From the NCBI GenBank assembly GCA_034411635.1, contig DAOUML010000134.1:14649-78648 (forward strand): a stretch of DNA of 64,000 nucleotides, given 5' to 3'. The notes beneath the pieces are model-generated. The model made no database searches, was not told the DNA's origin, and saw nothing but the letters and a program-made list of their open reading frames with translations. This document shows, in pieces, positions 35,221 to 43,940 of this stretch. This DNA comes from Anaerolineales bacterium. GTDB lineage: Bacteria > Chloroflexota > Anaerolineae > Anaerolineales > Villigracilaceae. Numbering within the stretch: position 1 is the first letter of the stretch; every line of letters starts with the position of its first letter. A program made the position numbers and the translations under genes.

Positions 35221-36033
35221 ATGACAGAAATCATCACCAGCCCGGCCAACCCACTCATCAAACAGGCGCGCGCATTGCGCCAGAAAAAGACCCGCGAAGA
35301 AAGCGGCTTATTTTTGGTGGAAGGCCTGGCGCATGTTGGCAGCGCGCTGGAAGCCGGTTGGCAGGCGCAGACGGTTTTGTATGCGCCAGAGCGTTTGCGC
35401 AGCGAGTTTGGGCTGCAACTGGTTGAAAAATTGCAAAAAAGCGGCGTTCGTTGCCAGGCGGTAACGGCGGCGGTCTTTGAGTCCTTTGCTGAAAAAGACA
35501 ACCCCCAAGGGCTGGCGGCTTTGGTGTACCAAAGGCAAACTCGCCTGGCGGATGTGCTGGCCGCCAGGCGGGGCGCGCATCTGCCGCTTTTTGCCGCGCT
35601 GGTAGCGCCCCAGGACCCTGGCAATATCGGAACCATTTTGCGGACGCTCGATGCCGTTGGCGGGGCCGGACTCTTCCTGCTGGATGGCGGGGCTGACCCT
35701 TTCCAGCCAGCCTGCGTGCGCGCCAGCATGGGGACGTTGTTCAGCGTTCCGTTTGCGCAGGCGGGTTTTGATGAGTTTGCGGCCTGGGCGCGGCAAAGCG
35801 GTTTGTATTTGGTTGGCACCTCGGCCCGGGCGCAGTTCGATTATCGTCAGGTCAGGTTGGGGGCGCGTCCAACTGTCATCTTGCTTGGTTCAGAACAAAA
35901 GGGGCTGACGGCGGAGCAACTGTCGGTTTGCGAGATGCAGGTGTCGCTGCCGATGCGCGGCAGGGTCAGTTCGCTTAATTTGGCGGTGGCGGCAGGGGTG
36001 CTGCTCTACGCTTTCGCCGATTCTGGCGGGTAA
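35221..36033 (+). CDS. TrmH/SpoU-family RNA 2'-O-methyltransferase
   Basis: It has VAPQDPGNIGTILRTLDAVG, LLGSEQKGL and SLPMRGRVSSLNLAVAAGVLLY. Confidence 0.85.
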   Translation: MTEIITSPANPLIKQARALRQKKTREESGLFLVEGLAHVGSALEAGWQAQTVLYAPERLRSEFGLQLVEKLQKSGVRCQAVTAAVFESFAEKDNPQGLAALVYQRQTRLADVLAARRGAHLPLFAALVAPQDPGNIGTILRTLDAVGGAGLFLLDGGADPFQPACVRASMGTLFSVPFAQAGFDEFAAWARQSGLYLVGTSARAQFDYRQVRLGARPTVILLGSEQKGLTAEQLSVCEMQVSLPMRGRVSSLNLAVAAGVLLYAFADSGG

Positions 36034-36051
36034 TCTGCCCCCAAAAAGCAA

Positions 36052-36076
36052 AATCCCCGCGCAGGTGGCGGGGATT
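36052..36076. terminator. Hairpin between convergent genes
   Basis: aatccccgc pairs with gcggggatt (9 bp, 7-nt loop), with A/T runs on both sides. Confidence 0.45.
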
Positions 36077-36130
36077 GGTTCGGGTTGTGGGGAATGTGTT
36101 GATTGCGTGGAATACAGGCGCGGGCGTCGG

Positions 36131-36355
36131 CTAGAACTCGTCTTCCTCGTCGTCGGCCCACAGGTCTTCATCATCGCTTTCTTCTTCCCATTCTTCCAAT
36201 TCTTCTTCATCTTCCCAGTCTTCTTCATTGTTGGGGCCATCGACCGGGGTGTAGGTGGCGCAGCCGGTATCGGGGTCAATTTCGACAGCGGCTGCTGAGC
36301 AGTATCCATCGTCGATGAAGACACAATCAGTGTAATGACAGCGAATTCGGGGCAT
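36131..36355 (-). CDS. Small Cys-containing protein with a poly-acidic tail (DUF1540-like N-terminus)
   Basis: 74 aa. The N-terminus reads RCHYTDCVFIDDGYCSAAAVEIDPDTGCATY, and the last 35 residues are almost entirely D/E/W. Confidence 0.35.
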   Translation of the reverse strand: MPRIRCHYTDCVFIDDGYCSAAAVEIDPDTGCATYTPVDGPNNEEDWEDEEELEEWEEESDDEDLWADDEEDEF

Positions 36356-36363
36356 TTTTCCTC

Positions 36364-36789
36364 CTAGTTTTCAGCGCGTATAAACCGAGTGAAAGTGAGA
36401 ATAAAACAGAGTGTCATGGCAACTGCCGAAGCCACGCAGAAGGGGCAGGTGGCCTGGATGATGACGTTGGAAACGTACATCAGATACATGCTGAAGATAA
36501 AGCCGGCAAAAGACATGCCCATTGCCAGCAGGTTGCCATATTCTTTGGCGAGCGGGTGACGTTTTTCCATCCACAACACGAAAAGGATGCTCCCGTAGCC
36601 GATTGCGCCGATAACGCCCAGCGGAATGCCATACAGTTCGGAGTATGAACTGGCGTTCACGCTGGCGCAACCACCGCTACCGAGGCACATGTCGTTATTA
36701 TCGGTGATTTTGTAAATTGCCATGTAAATTGAAACAAACAGGCCGGCAATACTGGCCGCGATAGCAAGCAGGTGAAGTTTTTTATCCAT
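36364..36789 (-). CDS. Vitamin K epoxide reductase (VKOR)-family membrane protein
   Basis: 141 aa with four TM spans. The loop cysteines are in MCLGSGGCASV, and CPFC lies in the last TM. Confidence 0.6.
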   Translation of the reverse strand: MDKKLHLLAIAASIAGLFVSIYMAIYKITDNNDMCLGSGGCASVNASSYSELYGIPLGVIGAIGYGSILFVLWMEKRHPLAKEYGNLLAMGMSFAGFIFSMYLMYVSNVIIQATCPFCVASAVAMTLCFILTFTRFIRAEN

Positions 36790-36872
36790 AATAAATTTTC
36801 TCCGGTCTTTCCTTGTGCCGGGCGCGTGACATTTTACCCCATAGGCCCTATTCAGTAAAGCATTTTTTACTT

Positions 36873-39098
36873 TTACCCGGCTTTAATGCGTTGGGCTTCA
36901 AAGACGTTGCTCAGGTTTTCCATGCGGTTGAGGACGCGTGAGAGTTGAATCAGGTCGCGCACCTCAACCACCAGCCGGATGCTGGCAATATCGGCCCGCA
37001 GCGAGTCGTGTTCAACGTTTACGCTTACATCGGTAATGTTTACCCCTTCGGCGGTAAGCAGGTTTGAGATGTCGTTCATCAGGCCCTGGCGGTCGAAGGC
37101 TGTAATGCGGATGGGCGTTGGGTAGGTTTTGGTGGTATCGCCCCAACTGACGCGCACCAGCCGCTCTTTTTCGCTGGTAGAGCAGCGCAGAATGTTGGGG
37201 CAATCTTCGCGGTGGATGGTTGCGCCGCGTCCGCGTGTGATGTAGCCGACGATTGGGTCGCCGGGGGCAGGGTTGCAGCATCTTGCCATTTGGGTAAGCA
37301 ACCCGCGCAACCCACGCACAGCGACGGCATCACTGGAGGTGGTTTCGCTCTTGGGCGCGGCGGTTTCAATAACGTCTTCGGTTGGTTTTTCGTCTGAAAT
37401 CAGGGTGACAATGCGGTTGAGCGACAGGTCGCCGCAGCCGAGGGCCACGAACATTTCTTCGGGTTGGCGGTATTCGAGTTTGCGGGCCAGGTTTTCAAAG
37501 TTGATTTCTTCCAACCCCAGGCGGCGGAATTCGCGTTCGAGAATTTGGCGTCCCTGGCCCAGGTTTTGGTCGCGGGCTTGTTTTTTGAGCCAGGCGCGAA
37601 TTTTTGCCCGCGCGCGCTGGGTTTTTACCAGCCCAACGCTTGGGTTGAGCCAATCGCGGCTGGGGCCGCCTTGTTTGGTGGTGAGAATGACCACCCTGTC
37701 GCCGGTTTTCAGGATGTAGTTGAGCGGTTCGAGTTTGCCGTTGATTTTTGCGCCCCGGCAGCGATGGCCGACGTCGGTGTGGACGTGGTAGGCAAAGTCG
37801 ATAGGGGTGGAGCCTTTGGGCAGGTCGATAATGTCGCCTTTGGGGGTGAAGACGTAGACATGTTCATCGAAGACATCGTTTTTCATGGTTTCGACAAATT
37901 CGTCGGCGTTCATGTCTTCGTTTTTGGTATCAATCTGGCTGCGCAGGGCGGTCAGGAAGGTTTCGTATTGTTCGTCGCGCTTTTTGCTGGCTTCTTTGTA
38001 TCGCCAGTGGGCGGCAATACCGCGCTCGGCGTTTTGGTGCATTTCCTGGGTGCGAATTTGCACTTCGAGCGGTTTGTTGTCTTCGTACATGACTGCGGTA
38101 TGCAGCGATTGGTACATGTTTTCTTTGGGGGCGGCAATGTAATCGTCGAATTCGCCGGGGATGGGCCGCCAATGGCTGTGGATGATGCCCAGCGAAGCGT
38201 AACAATCGCCGGGGTTTTCTACCAACAGTCGCACGCCGCGCACATCCATAATCTGGTCGAAGGTTTTTTCTTTGTTAACCATCTTTTTGTAGATGGAGTA
38301 GATGTGTTTGGGCCGGCCGCTTACTTCGGCTTTAATGCCGTTTTCGGCCAGAATCTGCTCAATGCGCTTTTTGATTTTTTCAACCTGTAAATTGCGGGTT
38401 GCGCGGCGCTCGTTCAGGCCGGAGGCGATTTCTTTGTATTTTTCTGGCTCAAGGTAATACAGGGATAGATCTTCCAGTTCCCACTTAATTTCGGCAATGC
38501 CCAGCCGGTTTGCAATTGGGGCGTAGATTTCGAGGGTTTCGCGGGCGATGCGGCGTTGTTTGTCGGGCCGGGTATAGGCAAGGGTGCGCATGTTGTGCAG
38601 GCGGTCAGCCAGTTTGATGAGGATGACGCGCACATCTTTGTTCATGGCCAGCATGGTTTTGCGCAATGTTTCTTTGGCGAGTAGTTTTTTGCGTTTTGAA
38701 ATTTGTTCTTCGGTTAATTGGATTTCGTCTTCTTGATGGGTTTCATGTTCGCTGCGAGAGACGCGCGGCAGGGCTTTGAGTTTTGTAACCCCATCGACCA
38801 GCGAAGCGGTGCTGGTGCTGAATTTTTCTCGAATTTCTTGCAGGCTAATGCTGGTGTCTTCAACGACATCGTGCAAAAGGCCGGCGGCTATGGCATCGGG
38901 GTGCATTTGCAGGTCTGAAAGGATGGCGGCAACGGCGATACAGTGATTGATGTATGGCTCGCCTGATGCGCGTCTTTGCGGTTCGTGGGCTTTGGCTGCC
39001 AATTGGTAGGCGCGTTGAACAAACTCACGATCTTCATCTGAGAAGTGTTTGGGCAGTGACGCCATTAATTCTTCGATGCCAATGGCTTCTTGTTTCAT
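36873..39098 (-). CDS. relA/spoT: Bifunctional (p)ppGpp synthetase/hydrolase, RelA/SpoT family
   Basis: 741 aa. The HD hydrolase motif is GLLHDVVEDT. The synthetase motifs are RPKHIYSIYKKM, DVRGVRLLV and YQSLHTAV. TGS and C-terminal ACT-like regions are present. Confidence 0.9.
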   Translation of the reverse strand: MKQEAIGIEELMASLPKHFSDEDREFVQRAYQLAAKAHEPQRRASGEPYINHCIAVAAILSDLQMHPDAIAAGLLHDVVEDTSISLQEIREKFSTSTASLVDGVTKLKALPRVSRSEHETHQEDEIQLTEEQISKRKKLLAKETLRKTMLAMNKDVRVILIKLADRLHNMRTLAYTRPDKQRRIARETLEIYAPIANRLGIAEIKWELEDLSLYYLEPEKYKEIASGLNERRATRNLQVEKIKKRIEQILAENGIKAEVSGRPKHIYSIYKKMVNKEKTFDQIMDVRGVRLLVENPGDCYASLGIIHSHWRPIPGEFDDYIAAPKENMYQSLHTAVMYEDNKPLEVQIRTQEMHQNAERGIAAHWRYKEASKKRDEQYETFLTALRSQIDTKNEDMNADEFVETMKNDVFDEHVYVFTPKGDIIDLPKGSTPIDFAYHVHTDVGHRCRGAKINGKLEPLNYILKTGDRVVILTTKQGGPSRDWLNPSVGLVKTQRARAKIRAWLKKQARDQNLGQGRQILEREFRRLGLEEINFENLARKLEYRQPEEMFVALGCGDLSLNRIVTLISDEKPTEDVIETAAPKSETTSSDAVAVRGLRGLLTQMARCCNPAPGDPIVGYITRGRGATIHREDCPNILRCSTSEKERLVRVSWGDTTKTYPTPIRITAFDRQGLMNDISNLLTAEGVNITDVSVNVEHDSLRADIASIRLVVEVRDLIQLSRVLNRMENLSNVFEAQRIKAG

Positions 39099-39107
39099 GG
39101 TCGTCTT

Positions 39108-39135
39108 ATTGTAGTCAATTAGTCTGAAATGTCAA
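39108..39135 (-). promoter_or_regulatory. Near-consensus sigma70-type promoter (TTGACA-N16-TACAAT) for relA/spoT; predicts a leaderless mRNA
   Basis: The minus strand reads cTTGACAtttcagactaattgacTACAATaagacgaccATG. Only 9 nt separate the -10 hexamer from the ATG. Confidence 0.5.
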
Positions 39136-39156
39136 AGGCGAATAAGCGCGGGCAGG

Positions 39157-40341
39157 TTATGCGCGTTGTTCTTGCTGCCTGGTTACATCGCTGGGCAGGT
39201 GCATCAGGTCAATGGTTGGGTCATCGCAGAAGAGCATGGCGCGTTCGATGGCATTGCGCAATTCGCGCACGTTGCCGGGCCAATGATAAGCACGCAGGGC
39301 TTCTACGGCGCGCGGGGTGATGTCGGTGATGTTGAGACCCATGCGGGCGTTGTTCTGGCGCACAAACAGGCCGGCCAGTTCGAGGATATCGCCTTTGCGC
39401 AAACGCAGCGGCGGAATGTGCAAATCGACCACTTTCAGGCGGTAATACAAATCTTCGCGGAAGAAACCTTCTTCGATCATTCGCGCCAGCGGACGGTTGG
39501 AGGCCGCCAACACCTGCACATCGACCTTGATCAGGTTGGTGCCGCCCACCCGTCGAAAGGCGCGTTCCTCCAGCACGCGCAACAGTTTGGCCTGGGTATC
39601 GATGGGCATGGAGGCGATTTCATCCAGAAAGAGAATGCCGTTATCGGCCACTTCGAGCAGGCCGGGTTTGCGCTTATCGGCTCCGGTAAAGGCCCCGGCT
39701 TCGTACCCGAACAATTCTGATTCAATCATCGTTGGTTGGATGGCGGCGCAGTTAATGGCGATGAAGGGCTTGTCGGCGCGTGAGCCGTTATCGTGGATGT
39801 AATGCGCCAGAACTTCTTTGCCGCTGCCGGTTTCACCCGTCACCAGCACCGAAACGCCTGTTCCGGCGGCCCGGCGGGCCTGGGCCAGCAAGGTTTGCAT
39901 TTCGGGGCTGGAGCCGACCACAATATCTTGTCCGTGTCGCTGGGCGCGGCGTAAATGCGCCAGTTCGCGCCGCATGGCGACCACTTCGACAGCCCGTTTG
40001 AGCGACTCTTCCAGCCGGGCCAGTTGAATTGGCTTTTGCAGAAAATCATGCGCGCCGTTTTTCATGGCATCGACGGCCATGTCGATATCGCCGTAGGCCG
40101 TAATTAGCAAAATTGGCGGCGGCGGCGAAAGGCGGGCGGTTTCTTCGAGCAGGCTGGGGCCGTAGCCATCCGGCAGTTGCACATCCAACAAGATGACTTC
40201 GGCCACCCCGCGCCCAACGTGTTCGCGCGCTTCGGCCAGGGTGGATGCGCCAATGACCTCGTACCCGCGCGAGGTGAGAAACTGTGAGAGAATCAGGCGG
40301 GCATTTTCTTCGTCGTCTACGACCAGTACGGTTGCGCTCAT
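39157..40341 (-). CDS. Sigma54-dependent response regulator (REC + AAA+) lacking a C-terminal DNA-binding domain
   Basis: 394 aa. The REC domain has VLVVDDEEN..LLDVQLPDG, Walker A is GETGSGKE and the GAFTGA loop is YEAGAFTGA. LFLDEI and WPGNVRELRN are present. The protein ends about 30 residues after that motif, with no Fis-type HTH. Confidence 0.85.
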   Translation of the reverse strand: MSATVLVVDDEENARLILSQFLTSRGYEVIGASTLAEAREHVGRGVAEVILLDVQLPDGYGPSLLEETARLSPPPPILLITAYGDIDMAVDAMKNGAHDFLQKPIQLARLEESLKRAVEVVAMRRELAHLRRAQRHGQDIVVGSSPEMQTLLAQARRAAGTGVSVLVTGETGSGKEVLAHYIHDNGSRADKPFIAINCAAIQPTMIESELFGYEAGAFTGADKRKPGLLEVADNGILFLDEIASMPIDTQAKLLRVLEERAFRRVGGTNLIKVDVQVLAASNRPLARMIEEGFFREDLYYRLKVVDLHIPPLRLRKGDILELAGLFVRQNNARMGLNITDITPRAVEALRAYHWPGNVRELRNAIERAMLFCDDPTIDLMHLPSDVTRQQEQRA

Positions 40342-40344
40342 GGG

Positions 40345-42312
40345 TTACTCCTCTTCTTTGTTTGCGCCCGGAAGCCGCACCGTGAAAATGGTGCCGCCAG
40401 GGAAACTTTCAACATCAATTTTGCCCTTATGGGCCAGGATAATGCGTTTGCTGATGGACAGCCCCAGCCCCGTGCCTTGCGGGCTGGTGGTAAAGAACGG
40501 CTCGAACACTTTTTCGCGCACTTCGGGCGGAATTCCTGGCCCGGTATCCGAAATTGAGATATGAACCCAGGGTTTGCCCCCTGCTTCGCCTGTCGCTTCA
40601 ATGCGGACCGCCAGCGTGCCGCCTGGCTGGTCTTTCATGGCGTTGATGGCGTTGCTTAATAAGTTGGTAAACACCTGATCAAGGGCGCGTCCGTCGGCCA
40701 GGGCCGGCGGAATGTTCTCTTCCACGTTATAAACCAGATTGATTCCCAGGCGCGTCATGCGCGGGTGCCAGCGCTCCAGCAATTGCTTCAGCAGGCGGTT
40801 CAGGCTGAGGGGCGCGATTTTGTATTCCATCGGTTTGGCAAAGGCCAGCACCGATTCCATTAAATGGGTCAGGCGGTTGCAATCGCCTTGCAAGCGGGCC
40901 ACCAACTCGCGGTTGGTGTCGTTTTCGGGCAGGTTCATCTCCATGAGTTGCAGGCCGGTTGAAATGTTGTTTACCGGGTTGCGCACTTCATGGGCAAAAA
41001 TGGCGGTAATTTCACCCAGCAGGGCGCGCTGCTCCAGTTGCTGGGTGCGGGCCCGAATTTGCTCGCTTTCGCTCATATCGCGAATGAGCAAGACGATGTT
41101 GCTCAACTCTTCACCCGTTCGCACGGGGAAAACCTGCAAATGAGCCGGAAAAACCTGCCCTGAGCGGCGATGTAATTTGCCATGCCCCAAGTTGGGCGAG
41201 GTTAGGCCATTGATGGCCATGCGCAGGGCAGCGGGCAGGTTTTCCATGCCAATCAGAATATTCTCGATGCGTTCGCCATGCACTTCCCGGCCGGCGTAGC
41301 CGAGCATCATTTCGGCAGCGGGGTTCATGTCTAAGACGCGCATGGCCGGGCTGAGCAGGATGATTCCATCCAGAATATTCTCGGTGATTGCATCTCGAAT
41401 GGCGATGGCGCGCATGGCTTCGAGGCTGGCGCGGTGTCGGTTGCTGCGGTTGGCATAGTAACTGAGGGCAACGGTAATATGCGCGGCCAGGTTTTCAAGC
41501 ATATCGACCAGCAGGCGGCTATCGCGTAGGGGCAGGTTGAAGGCAACCAGCAGCCCCTGGCGCTCGCTTTCCATTTTGATTGGCACTGAAACCAGCGATT
41601 CCAAATCCAGGCTGCGGGCCGATTGTTGAATTTGGGTGATGGCGCGCTGGCCGGTTGTCCACATGGAGGGGGTATAAGTCAGTTGCGATTCGCCAAATTC
41701 GAGCGATTCGGGCAGGGCCTGGGCATCTTTGCCCTGGCAGGTTACGCGCGCCAATTGCCGGTTTTTGGAATCGAGGCGGTAAATGCACAATCCTTGCGCG
41801 CCAAGCAAGGATTGTCCTAATTCAAGGGCCAGGCGCAGGGCCTCCTCCAGTGTGTTTTTTTGGGTGAGTTGGGCCAGTTGCTCGCTGATGTGAATCATTT
41901 CGCGGACCTGGGCGTTTTGCTGTTCTCTCCAGCGTTTAACTTCGCTTGGAATTAGCCGTACCACCAGCCATTGCCCGGCCCGATCAAGCCAGGTCACTTT
42001 GGCCCACATCGATAGCGCGCGCTTGTTTGGAATGTGAACATCAACTTCTAACTCTTCGCCCGAAGACCAGCCCTCGCCAAAGGCTGGCAGCAGGGTGGCG
42101 ATTTGCATCGGCGCAGGGTCGAGCGGGAAGAGGCCGGTGAGTTGGTAAAAACCTTTGTTGGCGAAGGCGACCAATCCATTGGGGCGATCCAGCACAATGG
42201 TGGCATCGTCGATGTTGTTGAGCAGGGTGGCAATTTCGTTCGCGCCGGGTAATTCGCCGCGCCAAATGGGTTGGGCGTTGAGGTTTTGGGTGGTAAATGG
42301 GCCTGTGCTCAT
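40345..42312 (-). CDS. Cytoplasmic PAS / GAF / PAS sensor histidine kinase
   Basis: 655 aa with no TM span. The H-box is FAHEVRNPVNNI, the N-box is LLSNAINAM, and the G-boxes are ISDTGPGI and GTGLGLSI. Confidence 0.85.
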   Translation of the reverse strand: MSTGPFTTQNLNAQPIWRGELPGANEIATLLNNIDDATIVLDRPNGLVAFANKGFYQLTGLFPLDPAPMQIATLLPAFGEGWSSGEELEVDVHIPNKRALSMWAKVTWLDRAGQWLVVRLIPSEVKRWREQQNAQVREMIHISEQLAQLTQKNTLEEALRLALELGQSLLGAQGLCIYRLDSKNRQLARVTCQGKDAQALPESLEFGESQLTYTPSMWTTGQRAITQIQQSARSLDLESLVSVPIKMESERQGLLVAFNLPLRDSRLLVDMLENLAAHITVALSYYANRSNRHRASLEAMRAIAIRDAITENILDGIILLSPAMRVLDMNPAAEMMLGYAGREVHGERIENILIGMENLPAALRMAINGLTSPNLGHGKLHRRSGQVFPAHLQVFPVRTGEELSNIVLLIRDMSESEQIRARTQQLEQRALLGEITAIFAHEVRNPVNNISTGLQLMEMNLPENDTNRELVARLQGDCNRLTHLMESVLAFAKPMEYKIAPLSLNRLLKQLLERWHPRMTRLGINLVYNVEENIPPALADGRALDQVFTNLLSNAINAMKDQPGGTLAVRIEATGEAGGKPWVHISISDTGPGIPPEVREKVFEPFFTTSPQGTGLGLSISKRIILAHKGKIDVESFPGGTIFTVRLPGANKEEE

Positions 42313-43715
42313 GGCTGCCTCTGGGCGCGCTGCTGGGCGCGTTCTTGTGAGTTGGGAATGCCTTCCATCAGACGGTATTTGGTGACCGCCCGGCGCGAGA
42401 GTTCAAATCCTTGCTGGTTGAGTTGTTCGGTGAGGGCCTGGTCGCTGAGCGGCGTGGGTTCTGCGGCGATCAGGGTTTTTAGCGCGGCGCGGGCGCTCAG
42501 GTTGCGCTCGAAAAAACGTGAGAGCGGCACAATGTGTCCATCAGGCAATTGTACCTGTTTGCCAGAAACTGCCCGCGAAATGGTCGATTCATGGAAGCCC
42601 AGGTCTTCGGCCAGTTTGGCGCGGGTGATGGGCTGCAATTGTTGGCTGCCTTGTTTGATGAATTCGCGTTGCAGACCGGCCAGGCGCGCCATGAGCATTT
42701 CGAGCGCGGTTTGGCGCTGACGCAAACTTTTGATGAGCAGGCGCCCGCGCGCGATGGCTTCGCTAAAGCCGCCGCTTTCATCTTCGGCGCGGGCTTGTTT
42801 GAAGAACGGGTTCAGGCGCAGCCTTCCGGCAAAGGGCAGGGCCAGTTCGACAATGAGCGTGGCCTGGGCTGAATCGTGCCAGCGCAGGAGAATATCGGGG
42901 GTACGGTAGACAGGTATCGGGTCGCTTGTTCCGGCCTGGTTGCCCCACCAGGCGCGGGCCGGGTAGGGGTTCAGGTTCGCGCCAATAAAACGGGACGATG
43001 TCTCAATTTGTTCCACCGTAAATCCGCTTTTTTGGGCGATTTGGGAAAGATTGCGGTGGGCGAGCAGGTCAAAATGTTCGAGGCAGGCGCGCGCGGCGGG
43101 CGGAACTTCTTCGGTTTGTTGGAGAATGTCGAGTTGGGCGGATAGGGCCTCACGCGCCGAGGTGGATGCGCACCCCAGCGGGTCGCCGTGCTGGATGAGT
43201 TGGCGGACGCGCTCGACCCGCTGCCTGGGGATGTGAAAATAGGCCGCTACCTCCGCCGGGTCGATGGTCAGCAGGCCGTCGTCGTCGAGGGCGGTGAGCA
43301 AGTGGGCGGCGATGGGGCGCTCGTCTGGTTCGAGTTCGGGGGCAATTTGACGCAGCAGGTGGGCGGCCAGGCTGAGATTTTCTGCGGCTTCGGGGGCTTC
43401 GGGGTTTTCGTAGGTTTCGCGCCTTCGGCTGGGGCTGGCGGGCGTGAAATCGGCCCCGGGGCTGGTGAAGACGATGGTTTGGGCGTTGGGGCGCGCGGCG
43501 CATAGTGGGCAGGGGCCGGGTTGAATGGTTTTTTTGCCACAGGCCGGGCAGCGTGGGGCGCGGGCCAGTTCGAGGGCGGGGTTTTCAGAGAGTTCGCGCT
43601 CGATGGTCTGGCGCAGTTCGTCGCTCGTCAGGTGTAGCAGGTTCATGGTCTGCGTCAGGCTGGCGGTGGTTTGCGGGTGTTGGGTGCTGATTGGGCGTTG
43701 AATTTGCTGAAACAT
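42309..43715 (-). CDS. rpoN: RNA polymerase sigma-54 factor with a CxxC-N12-CxxC insert after region I
   Basis: 468 aa. Region I reads LTQTMNLLHLTSDELRQTIERELSENPALE. The C-terminal HTH is KLAEDLGFHESTISRAV and the RpoN box is SRRAVTKYR. It has an ATGA overlap with the kinase gene. Confidence 0.85.
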   Translation of the reverse strand: MFQQIQRPISTQHPQTTASLTQTMNLLHLTSDELRQTIERELSENPALELARAPRCPACGKKTIQPGPCPLCAARPNAQTIVFTSPGADFTPASPSRRRETYENPEAPEAAENLSLAAHLLRQIAPELEPDERPIAAHLLTALDDDGLLTIDPAEVAAYFHIPRQRVERVRQLIQHGDPLGCASTSAREALSAQLDILQQTEEVPPAARACLEHFDLLAHRNLSQIAQKSGFTVEQIETSSRFIGANLNPYPARAWWGNQAGTSDPIPVYRTPDILLRWHDSAQATLIVELALPFAGRLRLNPFFKQARAEDESGGFSEAIARGRLLIKSLRQRQTALEMLMARLAGLQREFIKQGSQQLQPITRAKLAEDLGFHESTISRAVSGKQVQLPDGHIVPLSRFFERNLSARAALKTLIAAEPTPLSDQALTEQLNQQGFELSRRAVTKYRLMEGIPNSQERAQQRAQRQP

Positions 43716-43758
43716 CGTGTAGTCAATCCTTTTTTATTGTATCACTTTGTGGTAAGGA

Positions 43759-43776
43759 TTGCAAGTTTTGTGCCAA
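43759..43776 (-). promoter_or_regulatory. Sigma54 -24/-12 promoter (TTGGCAC-N5-TTGCAA) upstream of rpoN
   Basis: The minus strand reads TTGGCACAAAACTTGCAA, an exact match to TGGCAC-N5-TTGC(A/T). The GC of the -12 element is at 43762-43761 and the rpoN ATG is at 43715, so the leader is about 34 nt and contains AAGGA. Confidence 0.6.
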
Positions 43777-43781
43777 TATGT

Positions 43782-43887
43782 CAGCAATTCTCAATATGGA
43801 AGTGAGCCAGACTGTTTTGAATGCGTAGCGCCGCCTTTGCGCAGCACTTCGCAGGCGGCGCTACATGGGGCGTATTGAGAATTGCTG
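43782..43887. repeat. Nested two-tier palindrome (106 nt)
   Basis: The outer arms are a perfect 15 bp: cagcaattctcaata (43782-43796) and tattgagaattgctg (43873-43887). The inner arms are a perfect 12 bp: gtagcgccgcct (43825-43836) and aggcggcgctac (43853-43864). Confidence 0.8.
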
Positions 43888-43940
43888 CCAATGTGTTTAG
43901 CGTTTAAGGTTGAATGTTTAAGGGTTGGGGGATTAAGCGC

